Assembly (NCBI GenBank): GCA_024690605.1
Contig: JAILOV010000063.1
Span: 15,790-79,789, forward strand
Direction of reading: 5' to 3'
Source: Lachnospiraceae bacterium
GTDB taxonomy: Bacteria; Bacillota; Clostridia; Lachnospirales; Lachnospiraceae
Length of the DNA: 64,000 nt
The notes under the pieces are model-generated. The model was not told the DNA's origin. It worked only from the letters and a program-made list of their open reading frames with translations, and searched no databases. Below are positions 30,631 through 40,000 of this stretch, one piece after another; the first letter of the stretch is position 1, and each line of letters opens with the position of its first letter. Both the position numbers and the translations under genes were made by a program.

Positions 30631-31806
30631 CTAATAAAACACATGTCCGCCGATACGGATCCCGGAAAGTCCCGGGACCGGTGTGCGGAAATAGACACAG
30701 TTGCCGACATTGGTGTAGCCGCTCATCGCCTCATCAGCAGCGCGGTAACAATCCGCGTTGGCTCTGTTCTCCGCAAGAGCAAGGGCCAGTCTCCCCGTGG
30801 CCACCGGTTCAAACTGATGTGCCTGATAGATCACCCCCACCACCGTATCGGGATACACGCCGGAGCGCACGCGATTGATGACCACGGCACCGACCGCCAG
30901 TTTTCCGTCATAGGGCTCCGCGCCGGCCTCACAGAAGATGATGTTGGCAAGCAGACTGCGGTCTCCGTCGGCGAAGTGCACATCGGAGATATTGCGCCAG
31001 GTGCTGCGTCTGGCCAGCTCCGAAAGCCGGATCTCCTCGGCGAGCTTCTCTTCCAGCGCTTTGATGTCCGCTTCCTCCTGGCGGATGCGCTCCGAGATCT
31101 GATCCGCGATCTCCTCGGCGGAAGCGATCTGTCCCTCATAGTCGCGGATCGATCCCGAGGTCTGGCTGACCAGTCCGGAGACGCGATCCTGCTCGGCCTC
31201 CTGTCTTCCTCGATACTCGGTCAGCAGCTCCATGTCCTTTTCCAGCTGGACCTTTTTCGCCTCGATCTTCTCTCCGTTGTCGATATACATGTCGAGCATC
31301 CGCCGGTCATAGGCGGAGAGCTGCTCCACGTAGTGGTTCTGGTTCAGAAAATCGGCAAAGCTTCTGGACCCGAACAGCATGTCCATCATGAGAAATCCCT
31401 GCTTCTCATAGATGAACTGCACGCGTTTCTTCATCGCCGCGTACTGCGCTTCCTGCACGCGGATCGCTTCGGCCAGTTCCCCTTCCGTCGTGTTGATCTC
31501 GCGCTCTTTGCTGTCGATCTGTCCCTCGATCTCTTCCAGCGTCTCGCCCACTTCGGTCAGCTGCATGTTCAGATTGGAGAGCTGCCCGACAAGCGAATCC
31601 TTTTCCGCCTTCATCCCGTTGATGCTCGTCTCCTGTGTCGACAGCTCATCTTTGGTCTGTTCGTGCTTATTGCGTGCGTTCTCCAGCGCCTGTCTCGTCT
31701 CCTGCGTCGCATGCGTCGGCACGCCGAGCGTGATAAACAAGAGCACGCCGCACAAAAGACAACCGCCGGCCCGGCGGCCTCCGATTGTCCGAAGCAAAGG
31801 TCTCAC
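30631..31806 (-). CDS. Cell wall hydrolase: N-terminal coiled coil plus SleB/Hydrolase_2 domain
   Basis: Signal/TM segment, long heptad region, LLANIIFCEAGAEPYDGKLAVGAVVINRV, VIYQAHQFEP, IGGHVF. Confidence 0.85.
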   Translation of the reverse strand: MRPLLRTIGGRRAGGCLLCGVLLFITLGVPTHATQETRQALENARNKHEQTKDELSTQETSINGMKAEKDSLVGQLSNLNMQLTEVGETLEEIEGQIDSKEREINTTEGELAEAIRVQEAQYAAMKKRVQFIYEKQGFLMMDMLFGSRSFADFLNQNHYVEQLSAYDRRMLDMYIDNGEKIEAKKVQLEKDMELLTEYRGRQEAEQDRVSGLVSQTSGSIRDYEGQIASAEEIADQISERIRQEEADIKALEEKLAEEIRLSELARRSTWRNISDVHFADGDRSLLANIIFCEAGAEPYDGKLAVGAVVINRVRSGVYPDTVVGVIYQAHQFEPVATGRLALALAENRANADCYRAADEAMSGYTNVGNCVYFRTPVPGLSGIRIGGHVFY

Positions 31807-32285
31807 AGCCGGATCCGCAGCTCTCTTCCCGTTTTTTCATACTGATAGTAACGGATCCCGGCGGCGTCAAACATGCGCTTCGAAGCTTTGGTCGCCGGCG
31901 TCGCGGCATATTTGTCACTGTCATAGACCACCGTGCGGATGCCGGCCTGTATGATCGCCTTGGCGCATTCATTGCAGGGAAACAGCGACACATAGAGTTT
32001 GGCGCCCTCCAGGCTCCCTCCGCGGTAGTTGAGGATCGCGTTCAGCTCACTGTGGACGACAAACGGATATTTGGTGGCAAGCATATCGTTGCCTTCCCTG
32101 TCCCACGGAAAATCATTGTCATCGCAGCCGGACGGAAATCCGTTATAACCCATGGACAGGATCTTGTTATCCTCACTCACGATGCAACAGCCGACCTGCG
32201 TGTTCGGATCCTTGGAACGATAACCGGAAAGAACCGCGATCCCCATAAAGTATTCATCCCAGGAAATGTAATCTTCTCTTTTCAC
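31803..32285 (-). CDS. dCMP deaminase family protein
   Basis: RSKDPNTQVG, HSELNAILN, SLFPCNECAKAIIQ. Confidence 0.92.
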   Translation of the reverse strand: MKREDYISWDEYFMGIAVLSGYRSKDPNTQVGCCIVSEDNKILSMGYNGFPSGCDDNDFPWDREGNDMLATKYPFVVHSELNAILNYRGGSLEGAKLYVSLFPCNECAKAIIQAGIRTVVYDSDKYAATPATKASKRMFDAAGIRYYQYEKTGRELRIRL

Positions 32286-32728
32286 GCCCGCCCCTCCAGC
32301 TCACTGATCTTGCCGACGCGCCGCACATGCTTTTCCTCACCGGAAAACGGCGTGTCGAGGAAGACATCCACGATCTCGCAGGCAAGGAGCGGACCGGTGA
32401 AACCGCCCCCCAGCGCCATGACATTGGCGTCATTGTGTTCTCTGGTGAGCCTTGCGGAGGTCGTCTCATGGAGCAGCGCACACCGGACGCCGGGAATCTT
32501 GTTGGCCACGATCGAAATGCCGATGCCCGTAGTGCACACCACGATCCCCCGCTCGCAGGTGTGATCCGCCACCGCTCTAGCCGCCTGCACACCGAAATCC
32601 GGATAGTCGCAGGACTTTTTGTCAAAGGTCCCGAAATCCTGCACCTCGTCGCCCCGCTCCTTCAGATGAGCGGCGATCGCCTCCTTGAGATCAAAACCTC
32701 CGTGATCGCTGGCCAACGCAATTCTCAT
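32282..32728 (-). CDS. rpiB: Ribose-5-phosphate isomerase B
   Basis: IALASDHGGFDLK, CDYPD, CTTGIG, REHNDANV. Confidence 0.95.
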   Translation of the reverse strand: MRIALASDHGGFDLKEAIAAHLKERGDEVQDFGTFDKKSCDYPDFGVQAARAVADHTCERGIVVCTTGIGISIVANKIPGVRCALLHETTSARLTREHNDANVMALGGGFTGPLLACEIVDVFLDTPFSGEEKHVRRVGKISELEGRA

Positions 32729-32749
32729 GCTCCCCTCCTTTTAAGATCC

Positions 32750-33853
32750 TCAATCCTCATCCTGTATGCGGACGATCCGGTGTCCGCACGCCTTCTCCAG
32801 CCGGTTGTTGATCGCCCGATAGAGGCCGCCCTCACCGAAACGTTCCGACCAGATCTCCTCCATGTTCTCCGCATCGCACTGCCTGAGCACATCAAACAGC
32901 ACCCTTGCCACGGATGCGGGATCCTCCCTGCTGCCGACGATATGAAGACGGATCCGCGGATCATAGGATGCCGCCGTTTCTTCACTCACCAGAGCGGCGA
33001 CCCTTCGCCCCTCCGCGAGCTGTTTTTCCGCTTCCGCGTTGATGTAGCGCACGACAGCGGCGGCTTCGCCCTCGACCATCGTCATGTGTCCCTTCGGTGC
33101 ATAATGCCGGTATCGCATCCCCGGTGCTTTTGGCCTGAGTCCCGCATGCTGCGCATCTTTTTCCGGTGGTTCCGCCGCGTCCGCGAGGATCGCGGGATCC
33201 GTCCGGACCTCTCCCAGCACACCGGCGAGCATTTCCTCCGTGACATAACCCGGTCGCAGGATCATCGGCCGCTCTCCGGTGAGATCGATGATGCTCGATT
33301 CCACGCCGATCCCCACTTCACCGCCGTCAATGATCATATTGACCCGACCGGTCAAATCCTCGATACAGTGAGACGCTTTCGTCGGAGACGGTCTCCCGGA
33401 GACATTGGCACTCGGCGCTGCCACAAAACCGCCGGCCGCCAGGATCAGCGCCTGCGCGACCGGATGCGACGGAAAACGCACCGCCACCGTGTCCAGACCG
33501 CCTGTTGTAGCCGCCGGCACGTCGGGCTGTTTCTTCAGGATCATGGTGAGCGGTCCCGGCCAGAAATGCTCCGCCAACACCTGTGCTGCCGGCGGGATCT
33601 GTGAAGCGACCAGATCCAGGTCCTCCATGCGGGCGATATGCACGATCAGGGGATTGTCCGAGGGACGTCCCTTTGCCGCGTAGATCCTGGCGGATGCTTC
33701 CGCGTCAAACGCATTTCCGCCCAGGCCATAGACGGTCTCCGTCGGAAAGGCGACCAGTCCGCCGTGTCTGAGAACAGCGCCGGCCCGCTCGATCACGGAG
33801 CGCGCTGCATCATCGGACAGATGCGACGGATCGATTTTGACTACTTCGGTCAT
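32750..33853 (-). CDS. sua5: L-threonylcarbamoyladenylate synthase (Sua5/YwlC)
   Basis: VAFPTETVYGLG, AKGRPSDNPLIVH, APSANVSGRPSPT, PGMRYRHYAP. Confidence 0.95.
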   Translation of the reverse strand: MTEVVKIDPSHLSDDAARSVIERAGAVLRHGGLVAFPTETVYGLGGNAFDAEASARIYAAKGRPSDNPLIVHIARMEDLDLVASQIPPAAQVLAEHFWPGPLTMILKKQPDVPAATTGGLDTVAVRFPSHPVAQALILAAGGFVAAPSANVSGRPSPTKASHCIEDLTGRVNMIIDGGEVGIGVESSIIDLTGERPMILRPGYVTEEMLAGVLGEVRTDPAILADAAEPPEKDAQHAGLRPKAPGMRYRHYAPKGHMTMVEGEAAAVVRYINAEAEKQLAEGRRVAALVSEETAASYDPRIRLHIVGSREDPASVARVLFDVLRQCDAENMEEIWSERFGEGGLYRAINNRLEKACGHRIVRIQDED

Positions 33854-35580
33854 TAACTGTTCAGCGCCTTGGAGATCACATCCCAGATATCCGGCGTCTC
33901 GAAACCGAGCTGCCAGGCCGCGACACCGGCCACATGATAGGTGCGCATGACGTTGATCTTGGTCCGGATGGATTCCGCGTCCTCAACCCAGACCTGGCGC
34001 AGCGTCCCGTCACTGTCCGTGATCTCTCCGTAATTCTGACAGGTCTCATCGTCCCAGGCAAGGGTCACGTCGCGCTGCGTGACCCAGTCTCCGACCGCGG
34101 ACATCGTCAGCGCGTCCGAATCGACCTCTCCGTTTTTGCTCGCCCAAACACGCGTATAGAACGGGATCCCGCCGATGATCTTCTCCCCCGGAACCTCGGC
34201 CGCCGTGCGCCGGATGCCGTCCTCCACAAAGCCGATCGAAGCGACACTTCCGGCCTCATCGCTGCCCCGGTAGTGCTCGTCATAGGCCATCACGACCACA
34301 TAGTCGGCGACGACGCCCTGTTCCGCGCGGTCATAGTAGTCATTGAGACTGCCCATCGGCACATAGTTATCGACAGAAAGAACGATTCCCTTTTCCCTGC
34401 AGGGGATGGAGAGTTCCCGGATCCACTGGATAAAATCCTCGCCCGAGGAGGAAGGGACCTGCTCAAAATCGACATTGATGCCGTCCAGTCCCACCGACGC
34501 CGCCTCTTCCATCAGCGCGTCGGTCAGTTTCTTTCTGGATGACGCACGGGAGAGTGTCGAAGCCGTGTCGGCGCCTTCATTGTTGAAATTGTCCACCACC
34601 CCCCAGACTTCGAGTCCCTTTTCATGCGCCTTTTTCACATAGGATGCGGAAGCGAAGCTTTCGATCCCACCCGCACCGTCGCTGAGAGCAAACCAGGTGG
34701 GCGCGATCGTGTTGAGTCCGTCCGTCTCCCCGGCATTGGTCGCCGCGACAAGCGCGTCCATCGTGTCGTTGCCGGCGGCGCTGTATACGGCATGCCAGGC
34801 CATATCGATCTGATAGGGCTTCTGAATGGAGGTGTAGGTCATCTCTCTGGATTCCGGGGCGATCGCTTCGAGCTTCATCGTCTCGGAGAGACGTTTGTTC
34901 TCCACATAGCCGATGAAGGCGTCATCCGAACGAACTTTGGTCCAGTTCTCCATCTTTTCCAGCACGACCACCTTGTCGCCCTTTTTCAGATCCCGCAGGA
35001 TCTCACTCTTCACACCGCCGAGAATGCGCAGCTCCGTATTCTTCGTGACCGTTGCCTGATCAAATGAACTCCAGGCCGTCGACATGCGGATGCGGGCGGG
35101 CTCGGAGCCTCCGCCGTACAGATCCCAGGTGAAATCGGCAAACCGCTCCACATAGTCCAGAAGGATCCAGAGATCCTCCCCTCTGACCAGCGCGATCGGA
35201 TGCTCCATCGAACCGCTGTCGCCGTCTGTGGAGCTCCAGCTGCTGCTGCCGATCTCTGCCCTGATCACGTCCGTCGGCGTGGTGTAGAGCAGTTCATTGT
35301 CCGCTTTTCCGAAATAAAACCTGCCGGTCAGCAGGGTGTCCACATCCTCCGCGGCAAGATAGCAGCCGCCGTCGATCAGTGCGGCCTTCACATCGATCCA
35401 TTCGTCATTTAACAGGATGGCGGCCTCGTCAGCGCCGGACACGCCGAAATATTCCTTAAGGTCCGCCCGTTCCTTACTGTAGGAGTATCTTTCAAAGGTT
35501 TTTCCGCCCAGATAGATCCCGCCGATCAAAAGGATCAGGACGACCGCCACGATCACGGGAATGATCTTCTTCATCCGCAT
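33853..35580 (-). CDS. GH18 family hydrolase with SH3 domain (SleL/YaaH-like)
   Basis: N-terminal TM, SH3-like segment (NWTKVRSDDAFIGYV), LDGINVDFE, VMAYDEH, GVAAWQLG. Confidence 0.85.
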   Translation of the reverse strand: MRMKKIIPVIVAVVLILLIGGIYLGGKTFERYSYSKERADLKEYFGVSGADEAAILLNDEWIDVKAALIDGGCYLAAEDVDTLLTGRFYFGKADNELLYTTPTDVIRAEIGSSSWSSTDGDSGSMEHPIALVRGEDLWILLDYVERFADFTWDLYGGGSEPARIRMSTAWSSFDQATVTKNTELRILGGVKSEILRDLKKGDKVVVLEKMENWTKVRSDDAFIGYVENKRLSETMKLEAIAPESREMTYTSIQKPYQIDMAWHAVYSAAGNDTMDALVAATNAGETDGLNTIAPTWFALSDGAGGIESFASASYVKKAHEKGLEVWGVVDNFNNEGADTASTLSRASSRKKLTDALMEEAASVGLDGINVDFEQVPSSSGEDFIQWIRELSIPCREKGIVLSVDNYVPMGSLNDYYDRAEQGVVADYVVVMAYDEHYRGSDEAGSVASIGFVEDGIRRTAAEVPGEKIIGGIPFYTRVWASKNGEVDSDALTMSAVGDWVTQRDVTLAWDDETCQNYGEITDSDGTLRQVWVEDAESIRTKINVMRTYHVAGVAAWQLGFETPDIWDVISKALNS

Positions 35581-35640
35581 GCTCCTTTCCAATGTCCATC
35601 ATTATAACATAATTCCCCGATTATTTCATGCAAACGCAAA

Positions 35641-35665
35641 CAGGCGGCCCTGTGAAAGCCGCCTG
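35641..35665 (-). terminator. Orphan Rho-independent terminator
   Basis: caggcggc-N9-gccgcctg perfect 8-bp stem followed on the minus strand by TTTGCGTTTG. Confidence 0.55.
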
Positions 35666-35935
35666 CCGCTTTTTGATCCGGTGGTCGTGCTGTCTTCGGC
35701 GCCGATGGGTTCCGCACCTGAGACTCGTGACTGATCCTGACACGCACACAAAGCCAGCCAAAAGCGGTTCCTTTCCGTGAAAACACCCGAGGCTTTATGC
35801 AGTGACACACCTGATCCTGTGAAATAACTCCGGCCGCATCAGGCGCCATGGCGCCATGGTTTACATGATCATCTGAATACGGATAGTTTCATATTGGTTT
35901 GGGGATTTAGGTTACGCGTATCGCGTAAGAAAGGA

Positions 35936-35965
35936 TTGACAGAACTGTCAGATCCCTGTTATCAT
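35936..35965 (+). promoter_or_regulatory. sigma-A-like promoter overlapped by a palindrome
   Basis: TTGACA(35936)-18 bp-TATCAT with TG extension; tgacag-aa-ctgtca inverted repeat over the -35. Confidence 0.45.
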
Positions 35966-36024
35966 CTTCGGCTGCGGTCACCCCCTTTCGGATGCCGGAT
36001 CGCCGGAGATATTTCACGCTCCCT

Positions 36025-36053
36025 TTATAGCACACGCCCCTGCGGGGAGCAAG
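36025..36053 (-). promoter_or_regulatory. sigma-A-like promoter facing the non-coding intergenic region
   Basis: Minus strand TTGCTC-17 bp-TATAAA with TG extension. Confidence 0.45.
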
Positions 36054-36117
36054 AAAAAACGGCAGATTTCCGAAAATATGGCAGATTGCACAAAAGCCTG
36101 CTCCGATTTCAGGTATA

Positions 36118-36146
36118 TTGACATTACCGACGACATCGGATAGTAT
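36118..36146 (+). promoter_or_regulatory. sigma-A promoter of mecA
   Basis: TTGACA-17 bp-TAGTAT. Confidence 0.65.
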
Positions 36147-36188
36147 CAAATTGCACAAAAAAACCCCGAAAAACGGAGTGCATTTTCT

Positions 36189-36989
36189 ATGAAGATCGAA
36201 AGACTGAATGATCGCCAGATCCGTTGTACCCTCACGCGCGAGGATCTCTCGCAGCGAGGGCTGCGGCTGAGCGAATTCGCATACGGAACAAAAAAAGCGC
36301 GCTCCCTGTTCCAGGACATGATGGAGCAGGCGCGGTTTGAGGTCGGTTTCGAAGCGGAGGACTATCCGCTGATGATCGAGGCCGTTCCGATGGGTGCGGA
36401 ATGCCTCGTGCTCATCGTCACGCAGGTGGATGACCCGGAAGAACTCGACACGCGCTTTTCCGTCTTCGGTCCGTCCGTCGACGAAGCCGATGAAGATGAC
36501 GGATCCTATGAGTATGAGGATCGTGACCCCGAGGAGGAGAACGGTTTTTATCGCATGCTGCAGGGACTGCAGGAAGGCCCGGATTTCTCCGGCATCCCCG
36601 AGCAGTTCGCCGCGCGCCTCAATCCCGGCGGCATCCGTCAGGCGTCTGCCAGACAGCACCTGCCGAAACCCGTTGAAGAAAAAGCAAAGCCCGTGGTGCG
36701 CATCTACTCCTTTTCATCTCTCCATGAGGTGCAGCACGCCGCAGCCGCGGTCTCGGGAAATCTCCTGAACATCAGAAACACGCTCTACCGCGACGGAGAT
36801 CGGCATTTCTATCTGTGCCTGCATCAGAAGAAGACAAAGAAAAAGGATCACTCCTTCCTCTCTCTGTGCGCGCTCCTTGCGGAGTACGGTGCGGCGGCCG
36901 CCACCGGCTTCCTCTCCGAGGAATTTCTGAAGGAGCACTGCGAGGTGGTCATCCGCGACCAGGCTCTGCAGAAGCTGGCTCTTCTCTGA
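36189..36989 (+). CDS. mecA: ClpC adaptor protein MecA
   Basis: MKIERLNDRQIRCTLTREDL, LFQDMMEQA...GFEAEDYPLMIEAVP; C-terminal YSFSSL...LAEYG. Confidence 0.88.
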   Translation: MKIERLNDRQIRCTLTREDLSQRGLRLSEFAYGTKKARSLFQDMMEQARFEVGFEAEDYPLMIEAVPMGAECLVLIVTQVDDPEELDTRFSVFGPSVDEADEDDGSYEYEDRDPEEENGFYRMLQGLQEGPDFSGIPEQFAARLNPGGIRQASARQHLPKPVEEKAKPVVRIYSFSSLHEVQHAAAAVSGNLLNIRNTLYRDGDRHFYLCLHQKKTKKKDHSFLSLCALLAEYGAAAATGFLSEEFLKEHCEVVIRDQALQKLALL

Positions 36990-37018
36990 ACTGCCACCCT
37001 TTTCCGTTCCGAAACGAT

Positions 37019-37057
37019 AAAGAAAGGACTGCCGGTATCCGGCAGTCCTTTCTTTTG
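37019..37057. terminator. Bidirectional terminator between mecA and PFOR
   Basis: aaagaaaggactgccgg-ta-tccggcagtcctttctttt. Confidence 0.85.
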
Positions 37058-37070
37058 CTGTTCTTAAGCC

Positions 37071-40000
37071 TTACTTCTGGCTGTCGTCGTAGAGATCGAC
37101 CAGCTTCTGCAGGTAGGCAAGTCTCGCCTTGGCGTTCTCCGCGGATGCCGCATAGAGCTTCTCGGCATTTGCCGGATTGGCCTTGCGCAGGGACAGATAG
37201 CGCACCTCGCCGTCCAGGAAGTCCTGATAATCTCCGGTAGGCATCTTGGAATCGAGGGTGAACTTCTTCTCCGCTGCCGGATTGTAGCGGAACATGTGCC
37301 AGTAGCCGGCTTCCACCGCACGCTTCTCCTCGGTCTGGACCTTGGCCATGCCGCCCTTGATCTTGAGACCGTGGTTGATGCAGGGCGCGTAAGCGATGAT
37401 CAGGGACGGTCCCGGATACGCTTCCGCCTCGGCGATCGCCTTGAGGGTCTGGTTCATGTCCGCACCCATGGAGATCTGTGCCACATAGACATAGCCATAG
37501 CTCATCGCGATGGAGGCAAGATCCTTCTGCTTGATCTGCTTGCCGCCTGCGGCGAACTGTGCCACCGCACCGATCGGGGTTGCCTTGCTGGACTGACCGC
37601 CGGTATTGGAATAGACCTCGGTGTTCACGACGAGGACATTGATGTCCTTGCCGGATGCGAGCACGTGATCGAGACCGCCGAAGCCGATATCAAAGGCCCA
37701 GCCGTCACCGCCGAGGATCCACTGGCTCTTCTTCGCCGCGAAATCCGCATTCTTCTTGATGAATTTCGCCGCATCGGAACTGTCGCCGTCGATCGCCTTT
37801 AAGAGCGCGTCGGTGGCAGCGCCGTTCGCCGCACCGTCCGCAAAGGTGTCCAGATACTTCTGTGCGGCAGCCTTGGCATCGCCGGAGCCGTCCGAAACGA
37901 TCTTCTCGACCTGCTCCTTGATCTCGTCACGCAGCGCGTTCTGTGCGAGCACCATACCGAAACCGAACTCGGCGTTGTCCTCGAACAGGGAGTTGTCCCA
38001 TGCCGGGCCCTTGCCCTCTTCGTTGACCGTGTAAGGGGTGGACGGTGAGCTGTTGCCCCAGATGGAGGTGCAGCCCGTCGCGTTCGCGATGTACATCCTG
38101 TCGCCGAAGAGCTGGGTGACAAGCTTGACATAAGGGGTCTCGCCGCAGCCCGCGCAGGCGCCGGAGAACTCTAAGAGCGGCTTCTTGAACTGCGCACCCT
38201 TGATCGTGGTCTCCTTGAACTTCTCGACGACCTCGGTCTTGGTGGGCAGCTTCACCGCATAATCGAAGAAGGCCTGCTGATATTCATTGGCCGCAAGTGC
38301 GCCCATGACGAGGGTCGAAGGCTTCTCTTCCTTCTTCTCGGCCATGGTGTTTGCCATACAGACATTGGCGCAGGATCCGCAGCCCGTGCAGTCGAGGGCG
38401 GACACGACGATGGAGAACTTGTAGCCGGGCATTCCGGTCATATCCTTCACCGGCATATCCTTGGGTGCCTTCGCAGCCTCTTCCTCGGTCATCGCGACCG
38501 GACGTATCGCAGCGTGCGGGCAGACCAGCGCGCAGACATTACACTGGATACATTTCTCGGGATCCCACTTCGGGACATTGACCGCGATGCCGCGCTTCTC
38601 ATAAGCGGCTGCGCCCGAAGGCGTGGAGCCGTCCACATAGGGCAGCACATCGGAAACCTTGAGGGTGTTGCCTTCCTGGGCGCTGACCTTGGTCTGGATG
38701 TTGTTGACGAAATCCAGAACATCCTTGCGGCCTTCGGTCGCCTTCTTGAAGTCAAGGCCTTCATCCTTGGCATCCTTCCAGGACGCCGGGATCTCAACCT
38801 TGATCAGGTTCTTCGGATCCGCACCGGCATCGATGGCGGCCCAGTTCTTCTCGACAACATCCTGACCCTTGTTGCCATAGGTCTTCTGTGCCGCTTCCTT
38901 CATGAACTTGATCGCGTCCGCTTCCGGAATGATCTTCGTGATATTGAAGAAGGCGGACTGCAGGATCGTGTTGATCCTGGTCGGGCCCATGCCGACCTCG
39001 ACACCGATCTTCGAACCGTTCATGATATAGAAATTGATCTTGTGATCATACATGAACTTCTTGACCTGTCCCGGGATCTCCGCATCGAGCTGATCCACGG
39101 ACCACGGGCAGTTGAGCAGGAAGGAGCCGCCGTCCACGAGCTCCTGCACCATGTTGAACTTGCGCATGTAACTCGGATTGTGGCAGGCCACGAAGTCCGC
39201 CTTGTGAATGAGATAGGTGGACTTGATCGGCTTCTTGCCGAAGCGCAGGTGAGACATCGTGACACCGCCGGACTTCTTGGAGTCATAGTCGAAATATGCC
39301 TGTGCGTACATGTCGGTGTTGTCGCCGATGATCTTGATGGAGTTCTTGTTCGCGCCGACGGTACCGTCCGCACCGAGACCCCAGAACTTGCAGTTCGTCG
39401 TGCCTTCCGGTGTCGTGATAAGGGGAGCGCCCGCATCCAGCGACAGGTTCGTCACGTCGTCCGTGATACCGATGGTGAACACTTCCTTATCGGTGTTGTT
39501 GAACACCGCCACGATCTGCTCGGGCGTCGTGTCCTTGGAACCGAGGCCGTAACGGCCGCAGTAGACCGGCACCTGCTCGAACTTCGTGCCCTTGATGGCA
39601 GCGATGACATCGAGCGCGAGAGGCTCACGAAGGGAACCGGGCTCCTTGGTGCGATCGAGCACCTCGATGCGCTTGACGGTATCCGGGATCGCCTCGACCA
39701 GTGCCTTCGCGGAGAAGGGACGGAACAGGCGGACCTTGATGACGCCGACCTTTTCACCCTTGGCGACGAGATAATCGATCGTCTCCTCGATCGTGTCACA
39801 GACGGAACCCATCGCAACGATCACGGATTCCGCGTCTTTGGCACCGTAATAGTTGAAAAGCTTATAATCCGTGCCGATCTTGGCATTGACCTTGTCCATG
39901 TACTTCTGGACGATCGCCGGCATGTCATCGTAGCCGGTGTTGCAGGCCTCACGGGACTGGAAGAAGATGTCCGGATTCTGTGCGGAACCCATCTGGCGGG

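Noticed and set aside
35685-35760. Partial resemblance to ykkC/guanidine, fluoride, TPP or glycine riboswitches (GGGTTCCGC, CTGAGA, CGCCGAAG)
   Set aside because: The remaining diagnostic motifs are missing or in the wrong order, and there is no suitable downstream gene on that strand.
35670-35820. 6S RNA call
   Set aside because: The closing stem is reminiscent, but the manual fold lacks a two-sided central bubble and the CCCACCUG...GGGUUCA order; left unassigned pending cmscan.
35907-35981. tmRNA tag-like peptide (AAEDDN...)
   Set aside because: It does not end in the AA degron, and no tmRNA 5'/3' tRNA-like ends are present.
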